NCBI GenBank assembly: GCA_025361625.1
Contig: JANYKL010000017.1
Coordinates: forward strand, 10,033 to 74,032
From: Acidobacteriaceae bacterium
Lineage (GTDB): Bacteria; Acidobacteriota; Terriglobia; Terriglobales; Acidobacteriaceae
Direction: 5' to 3'
DNA: 64,000 nucleotides
The notes beneath the pieces were generated by a model. It did not search any database. It saw only the letters and a program-made list of their open reading frames with translations, and was not told the origin of the DNA. A program made the position numbers and the translations under genes. How positions within the stretch are numbered: the first letter of the stretch is position 1; each line of letters starts with the position of its first letter. Shown here piece by piece: positions 54,860-64,000 of this stretch.

Positions 54860-54999
54860 GTTTCGTCCCCCCGGACGTTCTTCGGATCGGCCTTAAAGGA
54901 AGTTACCGCGCCGTTGATCGTGATACTAAATTGGTTCGTTCTTGGTTACGACGTACGTCAGTTCACTCAGCAGCACTGTCCAAAAGTGTTATCGAACTG

Positions 55000-56574
55000 T
55001 TACCTATTGCTTCCGATCAGGCGAACAACCTCTTCCATGCGTGCCCGGTAGAGGTTCTCCTTTGGATCCATGCGAGAGGCGATTTCGAACTCGCCGAGCG
55101 CATCTTCGAAGCGGTTCAGGGCCACCAGACAAGCGGCCAGAGAGTAGTGATTCTGAGCGCTCGGTTCGAGACGAAGCGCCTCGCGGAATTCCGTCTCAGC
55201 CTCCGCCAGTTGTTGCGTGTTGACGAATGCGGTGCCTAGGTAGTGGTGGCCCAAACCTGAATCAGGATTCAGCGAAACGGCATGTCGAAGCGCGTCCAGC
55301 GCCTCTTGATCTTTACCTTGCAACAGCAACGCCTGCCCTAGAACACGGTATTCAGCGGCTCCTGTAGGATTGGCGACGATCGCTGCCTTCAACTCCTTAA
55401 CGGCAGACGGATAGTCGCGTTTCCCCATGTAGGCGCGGGCAAGGCAGTTGTGGCCGCCATCCCAGTCGGGGTTCTGGTGAAAAAGATCCTTAAATTCTGC
55501 AATCGCGCCGTCGAAGTCTTCCTTATCGCAAAGCGTGTTGCCGAGGTTGTTGCGTACGCTGGCTTCACCCGGGTTCAAGCGCTTGGCGGTACGATATTCG
55601 GCGATTGCTTCATCGAGCTTGCCTTGATCGTGTAACACGACGCCCAGATTGCTATGTGCTTCCCAGAAGTCGGGGCGCAGGGCTAGAGCGTGATGATAGG
55701 CGATTCCGGCACGGCGCAGGTCGCCGTGATCGCGCTGCGCCAATCCGATATCAAAGTAGACCTCGGCATTGGCGAGGGACCCTTCTGGCTCTCTGGCCAG
55801 GGCCTCGTTGAATGCGTGAATTGCGGCATCATAATGTCCATCGGCATAAAAGGCGAGGCCCAGGGCGCGGTAGGCTGCGGCATTGGCCGGGTCCATGCTC
55901 AACGCAGTTCGAGCCTCGGCCAACGCGGCGTCAGAGTCATCGGTCTTGTAGAAGACGTAAGAAAGCTCGTCGTGGGTTTCCGGCGAACCTGGCGCCAGAC
56001 GCGACGACTCGGTCAATTCATCGAGAGCTTCGTTGAATCTCTCCTGCCGGCGGAGGAGAGTTCCCAAGGCAAAATGGATGATCGCGAGGTCTTGGTCTGA
56101 AGTCGCCGAGACGGTTGCTTTGGCCTTCAACACGGCGTGCAGTTTCTCTTCCGCAACGTCGAATTTTTTCTGATGAATAAGGATAGCTACTTGAGCGGCC
56201 ACGGTGGGCCCGGCACAACTGGCGTCAACTGTGGTCTTGGCAGGCGATTTCGAGCTCAAATGAGACAGGGCGTCGATCAAGGCGGGGTCGGCTCCGGCTT
56301 TTTGCAATGCTCGACCACACGCCGACGAAGCCCGACAGCTGATTTGTTGAGTAGAAACGAGCCGCTGGATGCGTGCGCTCGAGACTCCTGCAGCCAGCCA
56401 CCAAAAAATGGAATCGCACGTGGTCACGGGCGAAACCGGCTCAGCAACTAAGGAAGCTGCGGTAAGGAGTATGAACAGCGAGCCCAAAACCCAATTCTTC
56501 AAGAAGCCTCCGGCGGGTCGCGACAGCCTTGTCGGTCGATTGCCTTGCATCCAAAATAGCTCGCCGGAAGTCAC
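55000..56574 (-). CDS. membrane-anchored tetratricopeptide (TPR) repeat protein
   Basis: One N-terminal TM segment, then at least 9 TPR units (e.g. AAAYRALGLAFYADGHYDAAIHAFNEALAREP, EAHSNLGVVLHDQGKLDEAIAEYRTAKRLNP). Confidence 0.8.
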   Translation of the reverse strand: MTSGELFWMQGNRPTRLSRPAGGFLKNWVLGSLFILLTAASLVAEPVSPVTTCDSIFWWLAAGVSSARIQRLVSTQQISCRASSACGRALQKAGADPALIDALSHLSSKSPAKTTVDASCAGPTVAAQVAILIHQKKFDVAEEKLHAVLKAKATVSATSDQDLAIIHFALGTLLRRQERFNEALDELTESSRLAPGSPETHDELSYVFYKTDDSDAALAEARTALSMDPANAAAYRALGLAFYADGHYDAAIHAFNEALAREPEGSLANAEVYFDIGLAQRDHGDLRRAGIAYHHALALRPDFWEAHSNLGVVLHDQGKLDEAIAEYRTAKRLNPGEASVRNNLGNTLCDKEDFDGAIAEFKDLFHQNPDWDGGHNCLARAYMGKRDYPSAVKELKAAIVANPTGAAEYRVLGQALLLQGKDQEALDALRHAVSLNPDSGLGHHYLGTAFVNTQQLAEAETEFREALRLEPSAQNHYSLAACLVALNRFEDALGEFEIASRMDPKENLYRARMEEVVRLIGSNR

Positions 56575-56733
56575 ACCAAAAGGTCACGGAAGTAATTTAA
56601 TAGGACAGGAGTAAGGGCTGTTCCGTGCCGTTTTCGCTCGGTGGGCCATGTACGTAAGTAAGCCGTAGGGAATCACTTGCGGTAGACTGTAGGCAGCCGA
56701 GATGGCCTAGCGTGTCGAATATCCGGAGGGATT

Positions 56734-56985
56734 ATGTTTGAAGGACTTTTTCAACCCATGCATCTGCTGATCATCTTTTTCATAGCGTTGCTGGTTTTCG
56801 GGCCGAAAAAGCTTCCCGAGCTGGGCAAGGGCCTCGGGGACGGCATACGGGCGCTCAAAGAAGGAATGAAGTCGGACGAAACCAAGATTGCTGAAGCCAA
56901 GAGCGAAGTAAAGTCGCAACCGACACCGCCGCCAGAGGCCAGGCCGGTTATTACGCCGGAGAATAATCCCGAAAACAAGGCTTAG
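56734..56985 (+). CDS. tatA: twin-arginine translocase subunit TatA/E
   Basis: HLLIIFFIALLVFGPKKLPELGKGLGDGIRALKEG is the canonical TatA TM plus amphipathic helix. Confidence 0.9.
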   Translation: MFEGLFQPMHLLIIFFIALLVFGPKKLPELGKGLGDGIRALKEGMKSDETKIAEAKSEVKSQPTPPPEARPVITPENNPENKA

Positions 56986-57134
56986 GCCTCGACTTACAAC
57001 TGTTCGCATCAAGGTCTACACGAATTTAATCGCATGCCCCGGTTGAACGCGATCTCTGGGTAACTTTCCGTCTGCGAGAGCGTTTACAACTTTCCGGCAG
57101 AAATTTCACGCCATGCCATCACTCAGGAGGATTT

Positions 57135-58217
57135 GTGCGCATCAGGTTCGGAGCAATACTGCTTTTGCTGGCAGCGATTCCGGGGTTTGCCGATCAGGTT
57201 GTTCTAAAGAACGGCGATCGGCTTACCGGTTCCATCAAGAAATCAGATGGCAAAGAAGTCGTGATCAAGACGGACTATGCCGGAGAGGTCACGCTGAAGT
57301 TCGAAGCCATCCAGTCCATCACCTCGACCACAAATATTACGGTCGGTCTCGGCGGAAAAACTGTAGCCGGCGAGAAGGTTAACGTCGAAGGCGACCGGGT
57401 AACGGTTGAGACGAAGAGTGGGGCGGTGGAAGCGCCGCGCTCTACGGTAACGATGGTGCGAAGCTCCGATGCACAGCAGGCTTATGAGAAGAGCCTGCGA
57501 CCGGGCCTGTTGGAAGGCTGGAATGGCGGCTTGAACCTCGGCTTCGCGCTGACTCGCGGAAACAGCCAGACCAAGAATTTGAATATCGCGTTCAACGCGG
57601 TTCGCACCGGGTTCCACGACAAACTGCTGCTCTACGAAACCTCGATTTATGCAGCTAACGATCAGCCCACAGCAACGCCGCACACGACTGCAAACGCAGT
57701 GGGCGGCGGAGTGCGCTACGACCACGACTTGACCGGACGTCTTTTCGCCTTCGTGAACGGAGACTTTTATCACGATGGTCTTCAGTTTCTGGATCTGAGA
57801 GCCATCTTCGGTGGCGGTTTGGGCGTGCATGTGATCAAGAACGATGCAACGGTTCTCGATCTGCTGGCTGGGGCGAACTATACGCATGAAAGTTACTCAG
57901 CGTTTGTTCTCCCGACCACTCCTCCTACGGAGGTGGCGGCGAGCACGCGCAGCTTGGCCGGTCTCACCCTGGGAGATTCGTTCGTCCACAAATTCGGCAA
58001 GGGCACGGTGCTCACGCAGGGCCTCTTGTTCTATCCCGATCTAACTCATACCGGTGAGTATCGCGGGACCTTCAACTTAGGTACCGTGACCAAGATCAAC
58101 AAATGGTTTGGCTGGCAGAATTCGTTCGCGGACATCTATGTCAGCGATCCTCCCGGAGGAACCAAGAAAAATGATCTGCAATTGGCTACCGGGCTAAGTG
58201 TTTCATTTACTCACTGA
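57135..58217 (+). CDS. DUF481 (YdiY-like) outer-membrane beta-barrel protein
   Basis: Signal peptide, N-terminal DQVVLKNGDRLTGSIKK repeats, then GWNGGLNLGFALTRGNSQTKNLN and a beta-barrel pattern ending F-T-H. GTG start. Confidence 0.75.
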   Translation: MRIRFGAILLLLAAIPGFADQVVLKNGDRLTGSIKKSDGKEVVIKTDYAGEVTLKFEAIQSITSTTNITVGLGGKTVAGEKVNVEGDRVTVETKSGAVEAPRSTVTMVRSSDAQQAYEKSLRPGLLEGWNGGLNLGFALTRGNSQTKNLNIAFNAVRTGFHDKLLLYETSIYAANDQPTATPHTTANAVGGGVRYDHDLTGRLFAFVNGDFYHDGLQFLDLRAIFGGGLGVHVIKNDATVLDLLAGANYTHESYSAFVLPTTPPTEVAASTRSLAGLTLGDSFVHKFGKGTVLTQGLLFYPDLTHTGEYRGTFNLGTVTKINKWFGWQNSFADIYVSDPPGGTKKNDLQLATGLSVSFTH

Positions 58218-58240
58218 AGCTACCCAGACTTCTAGCGATC

Positions 58241-59206
58241 GTGCCGCAGACTTTCCTAATCGATACCGATACTGCTTCCGATGACGCGGTGGCGCTCATT
58301 ATGGCTCTGCGATCGCCAGCTGTGCGCGTCATCGCCATTACAACTGTCGCCGGTAACGTGCCGGTAGAGCAATCCACGCGCAACGCGCTCTACACAGTCG
58401 AACTCTGCGGCGCTGATGTTCCAGTTTATATGGGCGCCGACAAACCTCTGTTGCGGGCTAACGAAAACGCAACATGGTTTCACGGCCGCGACGGTCTTGG
58501 GGATCACAACTACCCCGCTTCGAAACGGCCCGCCGAAAGTCAGCATGCGGTTGAGGCCATTATCGATGCGATCGAGGCGAATCCCGGAATCGTACTCGTC
58601 ACGCTTGCCCCACTGACCAATGTCGCGCTAGCGTTGGCCAAGAAGCCTGAAATCGCCAGCAAAGTTTCGCGCTGCGTGGTGATGGGCGGCGCGCCGTGTT
58701 GCGAGGGCAATGTAACCCCGGCGGCGGAGTACAACTTCTGGGTCGACCCTGAAGCGGCGCGCATCGTGGTGAACAGCGGCCTGCCGGTTGAGCTCATAGG
58801 CTGGCAGCTTTCTCGCGGAGAGGCAGTGCTCAACGAAAGGGACATTGCACATATTCTGGGCTTCGACAATCCGATCGCGAAGTTTGTGATTGAGTGCAAC
58901 AGCCGTGCCCGTGATGCTTACAAGACTCAAACCGGAGAAGACGGCATCTCGCTGCCGGACCCGGTCGCGATGGCCGTGGCGCTGGATCCGTCTCTAGGAA
59001 CTGAGTGGAGCGAACATTATCTCGAGGTCGAAACCCAAAGCGAGCTCACTCGCGGCATGAGCGTAGTTGATCGCTTAAACGTGGCCGATGATGAGCGGAA
59101 CAGATCTGTCTGGGGCGGGGTCATCCAGAAGAAAAACAAGGCTAAAGTCTGCTGGGCTTTGAATAATAGCGGGTGGAAAGAATCTTTAATCCGCTCTTTG
59201 CGGTAG
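58241..59206 (+). CDS. nucleoside hydrolase (inosine/uridine-preferring family)
   Basis: The N-terminal aspartate cluster FLIDTDTASDDAVALIMAL (DxDxxxDD) and LAPLTNVALAL. Confidence 0.88.
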   Translation: MPQTFLIDTDTASDDAVALIMALRSPAVRVIAITTVAGNVPVEQSTRNALYTVELCGADVPVYMGADKPLLRANENATWFHGRDGLGDHNYPASKRPAESQHAVEAIIDAIEANPGIVLVTLAPLTNVALALAKKPEIASKVSRCVVMGGAPCCEGNVTPAAEYNFWVDPEAARIVVNSGLPVELIGWQLSRGEAVLNERDIAHILGFDNPIAKFVIECNSRARDAYKTQTGEDGISLPDPVAMAVALDPSLGTEWSEHYLEVETQSELTRGMSVVDRLNVADDERNRSVWGGVIQKKNKAKVCWALNNSGWKESLIRSLR

Positions 59207-59316
59207 AGAGGGGAGTCGCCTGTCTCCGATGTCTCCGGCGACGGCGCGCGATGAACGAACGGCCCGCACCGACTCTACAGAAAGTGTCTGCTATATTTAG
59301 CGTCTCCCGGAGGTTC

Positions 59317-60210
59317 ATGATGTCGCGAAATGTGCGCTGCGGTCTGATTCAGGCAAGTTGCGGCCTAGGAGGCGGACGCCCGCTAGCCGAAATCAAGAAG
59401 GCAATGATCGACAAGCACCTGAAGATGATTGAGCAGGCGGCAAAGAAAAAGGTCAAAATTCTCTGTTTGCAGGAACTCTTCTACGGCCCTTACTTCTGCG
59501 CTGAGCAAGACATCCGCTGGTACGACCTCACCGAGCGCATCCCCGATGGCCCGACGACGAAGCTGATGCAGAAGCTCGCTGCCAAGTACAGCATGGTCAT
59601 CGTCGCCCCCATCTATGAGGAGCAAATGCCGGGGCTGTACTTCAACACCGCGGCCGTAATCGATGCCGACGGTAAATATCTTGGCAAATATCGCAAGCAT
59701 CACATCCCGCATGTGCATCCTGGTTTTTGGGAGAAATTTTATTTCACGCCGGGAGATATGGGCTATCCGGTTTTCGAAACGAAGTACGCTCGCGTCGGAG
59801 TTTATATCTGCTACGACCGTCACTTCCCCGAAGGCGCGCGTGTACTTGGTTTAAATGGCGCGGAAATAGTTTTTAATCCTTCAGCCACGGTGGCAGGCCT
59901 TTCCGAGTATTTGTGGGAACTGGAGCAACCCGCCCACGCCGCCGCCAATGGCTACTTTGTCGGAGCGATCAATCGCGTCGGACGTGAGAAGCCATGGAAC
60001 ATCGGCGAGTTTTACGGCAAGAGTTATTTCTGCAATCCGCGGGGAAAGATCGTCGCGCAAGCCAGCCGCACAAAAGATGAGTTGCTGGTCGCGGATCTCG
60101 ATCTCGACATGATTCAGGAAGTCCGCAGAGTCTGGCAGTTCTATCGCGACCGCCGTCCGGAGACGTACGCTGCGTTGACGACCCAAACGGGGCAAGCGGC
60201 AGCAGACTGA
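59317..60210 (+). CDS. carbon-nitrogen hydrolase, beta-ureidopropionase / N-carbamoyl-amino-acid amidohydrolase type
   Basis: Glu-Lys-Cys triad contexts: ILCLQELFYGPYF, KYRKHHIP and VGVYICYDRHFPE. GGAGG before the ATG pair at 59317/59320. Confidence 0.85.
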   Translation: MMSRNVRCGLIQASCGLGGGRPLAEIKKAMIDKHLKMIEQAAKKKVKILCLQELFYGPYFCAEQDIRWYDLTERIPDGPTTKLMQKLAAKYSMVIVAPIYEEQMPGLYFNTAAVIDADGKYLGKYRKHHIPHVHPGFWEKFYFTPGDMGYPVFETKYARVGVYICYDRHFPEGARVLGLNGAEIVFNPSATVAGLSEYLWELEQPAHAAANGYFVGAINRVGREKPWNIGEFYGKSYFCNPRGKIVAQASRTKDELLVADLDLDMIQEVRRVWQFYRDRRPETYAALTTQTGQAAAD

Positions 60211-60312
60211 TTGTTGAAGCCTCTTTTTAGCGCCTTGCTGGAGCGTCTTGCTGAGGGGAGTGCCGATCCGGTGAACAGCCTGCGCGGTGCCTTCGGCTGA
60301 CTTAATTCTAAA

Positions 60313-61737
60313 ATGAACGCTTTCATGCCAACGTCTCGCATCGAATCAAGCCCGCTTTATAACGAAGATCTCGCCCCCGCAACTCCCGAACGTCGCACTT
60401 GGGGAACCTACAACTTTGCTGCCCTGTGGGTGTCGATGTCGGTCAACATTCTTACTTACATGCTGGCGGCCAGTCTGATTCAGGGAGGGATGAATTGGAA
60501 GCAGGCAGTAGCGACGGTATTCCTGGGAAACACAATTGTTCTTATCCCGATGCTGCTCAACTCGCATCCAGGGGCACGCTACGGCATTCCCTTCCCGGTT
60601 CTCGCCCGTGCTTCTTTCGGAGTGCTTGGCGCAAATTTCGCGGCAGTTTTGCGCGCATTGGTCGCCTGCGGATGGTTCGGCATTCAAACATGGATCGGCG
60701 GCGAAGCGATTAACTCATTGATCTCAACACTTGCGCCTTCCTGGAGACAAGTAGCTCACGGACCCGCGATTTGCTTCATGGCCTTCTGGCTGATTAATCT
60801 GCTGGTTATTCTAAAAGGCATCGAGTACATCAGATTTTTGCAAGGAGTCAGCGCTCCAGTTTTGCTAGCGGTCGGACTTCTTCTGCTCGGTTGGGCGTAT
60901 AAATCGGCGGGAGGATTCGGGCCCATGCTATCGGCTCCGTCACGCTTTTTAACCTTCTCCGACTTCCTGAAATTTTTGATCCCTGCACTAAATGGCACAG
61001 TCGGTTTCTGGGCCACAGTCTCGCTGAACATTCCGGACTTTACCCGCTTCGCTCGCAGCCAGCGGCAGCAAGTGATTGGGCAGGCGCTGGCACTGCCCAC
61101 CACGATGACACTCTATTCGTTGATAGGAATTTTGGTCACGTCGGCTACAGTCGTGATCTATGGAAGAGCGATCTGGGACCCGGTACAGTTGCTCAGCCGC
61201 TTTCATTCGCCGACTGCTGTCGTGATATCTCTGCTCGCCATTTTGTTAGCAACTTTAAATGTGAATATAGGAGCCAACGTCGTTTCTCCGGCTAATGATT
61301 TTTCGAACCTGTGGCCACGGAAAATCAATTTTCGGACGGGCGGTATTATCACCTGCTTCATGGGGATTGCTTTGATGCCGTGGAAGCTGCTCTCCGATTA
61401 CGGCACATTTATTTTCGGATGGCTTGGCGGTTACGCCGCTTTTCTTGGCCCGGTGGCGGGCATCATGATCTGCGACTATTTCGTGATACGCCGACGAGTG
61501 CTGCTCCTGGATGACCTTTATTTGCGCGGAGGGATTTATGAATATTCTCGAGGGTTCAACTGGCTCGCGATACTTGCACTCGGATTGGGCGCCGGGACCG
61601 CGCTTGTAGGCCTGGTTTTGTCGCCGCTGCGGGTGCTGTACGACTACTCATGGTTTGTGGGATTTGCGGTGGCGTTCGTTGCCTACGCTGTGCTGATGGG
61701 CTTGCTGCGCAAGAACGTGCATCCCGAACACGGTTGA
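60313..61737 (+). CDS. NCS1 family nucleobase/hydantoin:cation symporter
   Basis: YNEDLAPATPERRTWGTYNFAALWVSMSVNI, 12 predicted TM helices, and GGEAI, typical of Mhp1/PucI/CodB relatives. Confidence 0.88.
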   Translation: MNAFMPTSRIESSPLYNEDLAPATPERRTWGTYNFAALWVSMSVNILTYMLAASLIQGGMNWKQAVATVFLGNTIVLIPMLLNSHPGARYGIPFPVLARASFGVLGANFAAVLRALVACGWFGIQTWIGGEAINSLISTLAPSWRQVAHGPAICFMAFWLINLLVILKGIEYIRFLQGVSAPVLLAVGLLLLGWAYKSAGGFGPMLSAPSRFLTFSDFLKFLIPALNGTVGFWATVSLNIPDFTRFARSQRQQVIGQALALPTTMTLYSLIGILVTSATVVIYGRAIWDPVQLLSRFHSPTAVVISLLAILLATLNVNIGANVVSPANDFSNLWPRKINFRTGGIITCFMGIALMPWKLLSDYGTFIFGWLGGYAAFLGPVAGIMICDYFVIRRRVLLLDDLYLRGGIYEYSRGFNWLAILALGLGAGTALVGLVLSPLRVLYDYSWFVGFAVAFVAYAVLMGLLRKNVHPEHG

Positions 61738-61888
61738 TTCCGCGCTCACACGACGGTCACGCCGAACGATTAACTGATGCACCTTGCGCCAGCAACCCGC
61801 ATAACCGCGAAAAATCTACTGAGCTGGGATTTGGCGTTGTATTTCGCCAGTGTCGCCAAAAGAACTGGGCGTTTGATCCTCTGACTTT

Positions 61889-62884
61889 TTAGGACTTGAA
61901 TTTAGGCAGCACTTCTTTTTTATATTTTTCGAGCGTGTCTTCCTCATCCCCGCACATTAAATAAATGTTGAACTGGGTCACGCCAGCTTGCGCGAGACGT
62001 TGAATCTTTTCAATGTGCGCCTGCGCATTGCCGAGCACGCAGAAGCGATCTGTGACCTCATCGGTGACGAAATTTCGATTACTGCTGTCGACTTCGCAGT
62101 GATGCAGGTAATCGTATGCCCCGCGATCGCGGATATATGAAGTCAGCGACGCCGGAAGTTCCTCGGGTTTATATCGCGATACGAGATCGACGACGTGATT
62201 CGATACCAGGGCCGGGAACCAGCGGACGTGCTCTCGTCCAAGCTCGACGTTGTCGGAAAGCCAAACAGGAGCGGCCGCCATAATCTCAATTTTTTTCGGA
62301 TCACGCCCGGCGGCTTCTGCACCCTTCTTCACGAAGCTCACACACCATTCGATGAGGTCGGGATCGGCGAATTGCAAGATCACTCCGTCGGCGATACGGC
62401 CGGCAAGGTCAAGCACCTTGGGCCCATATCCCGCAACCCATACCGGTGGCACTCCGCCGCTAGCCCAGGTCAGGCGCGCCTTTTGGCCCTCATATTCCGC
62501 TTCCTTGCCTCCGGTGAGATCGCGGAAGGCTTGCACTGCATGTTCAAGTTGCGCCGAAGTTACCGGCTTTTTCCCGAGTACGCGCCGCGAACTGTCTCCA
62601 CGGCCGATTCCGAGTTGCATGCGCCCGCCTGAGATCAAATTCAAAGTTGCAAACAGGCTTGAAGTCACAGTGATATCGCGGGTGGCGGGATTGGTGACGC
62701 ATGTGCCAAGGCGCATTTTCTTTGTGTTCTTGGCCATCAAGGTGAGCATGGGGTAGGGCTCAAGCCAGAGCACGTGAGAATCAAAGATCCATCCATATTC
62801 AAAGCCGCATGCTTCTGCCTGGCGCGTCAGCGCGACGATTCGCTCTACCGACATATCGGGCTTGATGGTGATGCCAAAGTTCAT
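61889..62884 (-). CDS. luciferase-like monooxygenase (LLM) class flavin/F420-dependent oxidoreductase
   Basis: MNFGITIKP...GFEYGWIFDSHVLW...LGTCVTNPATRD...GRMQLGIGRGDS is a TIM-barrel LLM pattern resembling the Mer/F420 subgroup. Confidence 0.85.
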   Translation of the reverse strand: MNFGITIKPDMSVERIVALTRQAEACGFEYGWIFDSHVLWLEPYPMLTLMAKNTKKMRLGTCVTNPATRDITVTSSLFATLNLISGGRMQLGIGRGDSSRRVLGKKPVTSAQLEHAVQAFRDLTGGKEAEYEGQKARLTWASGGVPPVWVAGYGPKVLDLAGRIADGVILQFADPDLIEWCVSFVKKGAEAAGRDPKKIEIMAAAPVWLSDNVELGREHVRWFPALVSNHVVDLVSRYKPEELPASLTSYIRDRGAYDYLHHCEVDSSNRNFVTDEVTDRFCVLGNAQAHIEKIQRLAQAGVTQFNIYLMCGDEEDTLEKYKKEVLPKFKS

Positions 62885-63008
62885 GTTGTCTCCCAGTTCT
62901 CTCGGTCGCGAATGACAGTCCGGCTCTCGGCAATGTAGCGATCAACAATCGAACGATGATAATTTTCTAAAGGTATAGCATAACTCCTGTAGTTCGCCGC
63001 GCGCAGAA

Positions 63009-64000
63009 GAGGAAGGTTCATGGGATTCGACACCATCATCGCCAACGGTCGCGTCGCGACTGCCGCCGATACCTACACGAGCGACGTCGCGATCAGCGAT
63101 GGAAAAATTTCAGCGCTCGGCGAGAATTTGCCGCGGGAGAATGCAACCAAGGTCATCGATGCAGCCGGCAGGTACGTTCTCCCGGGCGGAATCGACGTGC
63201 ACACGCACCTCGATATGCCTTTTGGAGGAACGACCAGCGCCGACGACTTTGAGACCGGCACTCGGGCGGCTGCCTTTGGCGGGACAACGACTCTGATTGA
63301 CTTCGCAATTCAATATAAAGGCCAGACTCTTCGTACGGCGTTCGATGCCTGGATGCAGAAAGCCGCGGGCAAGGCTGTATGCGATTATGCATTCCATTGC
63401 ATCATCACCGACCTCGCGGACGCTCAACTGGACGAGATGAATGCGCTGGTGCGCGATGGGGTTACAAGTTTCAAGTTATTCATGGCATATCCGGGCGTAT
63501 TTATGCTCGATGACGCGAGCATCTTTAGAGCTCTTCGCACCACTTCGAAAAACGGCGGGCTGGTTTGCATGCATGCGGAAAATGGGGGCGCGATCGATGT
63601 GATCGTGCAGCAGGCACTGGCTGAAGGAAAGAAGGCGCCAAAGTATCACGCACTCACTCGCCCGACTACGGCGGAAGCTGAGGCGGTTTCGCGGGCAATT
63701 GCGCTCGCTGAAATGGCAGGAGCGCCTCTTTATATCGTTCATCTCAGTTGCAATGAGGCACTCGAGAAGGTGCGCGAGGCCAGGGATCGCGGCCTGCCGG
63801 TGTATGCCGAGACGTGTCCGCAATATTTATATTTGTCGCTGGACAATTTCGACGCGCCCGGTTTCGAAGGGGCGAAGTACGTTTTCACTCCTCCACTGCG
63901 CGAAAAATGGCATCAGGAGAAACTGTGGAACGGGTTAAAGACAGACCATCTGCAGGTGGTGTCGACCGATCATTGTCCTTTCTGCTTTAAAGAGCAAAAA
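63009..64000 (+). CDS. dihydropyrimidinase / D-hydantoinase, N-terminal about 330 aa (gene runs off the window end)
   Basis: My own translation from the ATG at 63009 gives MGFDTIIANGRVATAADTYTSDVAISDGKISALG...LPGGIDVHTHLDMPFGGT...FKLFMAYPG...MHAENG...LYIVHLS...ETCPQYL...STDHCPF. These are the cyclic amidohydrolase metal-ligand motifs. No stop occurs before the window end. Confidence 0.88.

Noticed and set aside
1-64000. CRISPR arrays, IS elements, prophage or known defence-system genes
   Set aside because: I looked for regularly spaced repeats, transposase or integrase motifs, and nuclease/helicase/methylase combinations in the ORF track on both strands. None were found.

Overview
64-kb chromosomal window, GC-rich by eye (not computed) and densely coding, with no rRNA, CRISPR array, transposase or integrase that I could recognise. 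The gene content suggests an Acidobacteriota (Terriglobia-like) genome: SBBP-repeat giant protein, CarboxypepD_reg-type domains, TPR proteins, a TamB partner, and a GTTC-N7-GTTC-like box at recA. This taxon call is an inference only. Most genes are housekeeping: rpsA, alaS, recA, recX, rsmI, coaD, kdsB, msrB, tatA, ctaB, a GDP-mannose pathway and one tRNA-Met. Embedded in this are several accessory modules. (1) At the left edge (1..4409, minus strand) an aa3-type oxidase operon is headed by a porin-sized beta-barrel carrying a single N-terminal CxxCH, then a dihaem cytochrome c and a cupredoxin. This is the gene order of the Acidithiobacillus rus (Cyc2) iron-oxidation operon, and I consider it the most interesting system in the window. 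(2) A stressosome module (2x RsbR, RsbS, RsbT) runs into a kinase-PP2C fusion, a kinase-domain-capped hybrid histidine kinase, and a frameshifted REC-HisKA_3 kinase (10324..17481). (3) A BamA/TamA-like plus TamB pair is bracketed by two YihY/BrkB paralogs. (4) A type III polyketide synthase is paired with an FAD oxidoreductase. (5) A reductive pyrimidine/hydantoin utilisation cluster contains an LLM-class flavin oxidoreductase, and no dihydropyrimidine dehydrogenase is visible. (6) A 1442-aa SBBP/IPT surface protein and a small His/Lys-rich tandem-repeat secreted protein. All functional calls rest on motifs read from the supplied translations or from my own translation of the two open-ended edge genes. 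No database search was run.
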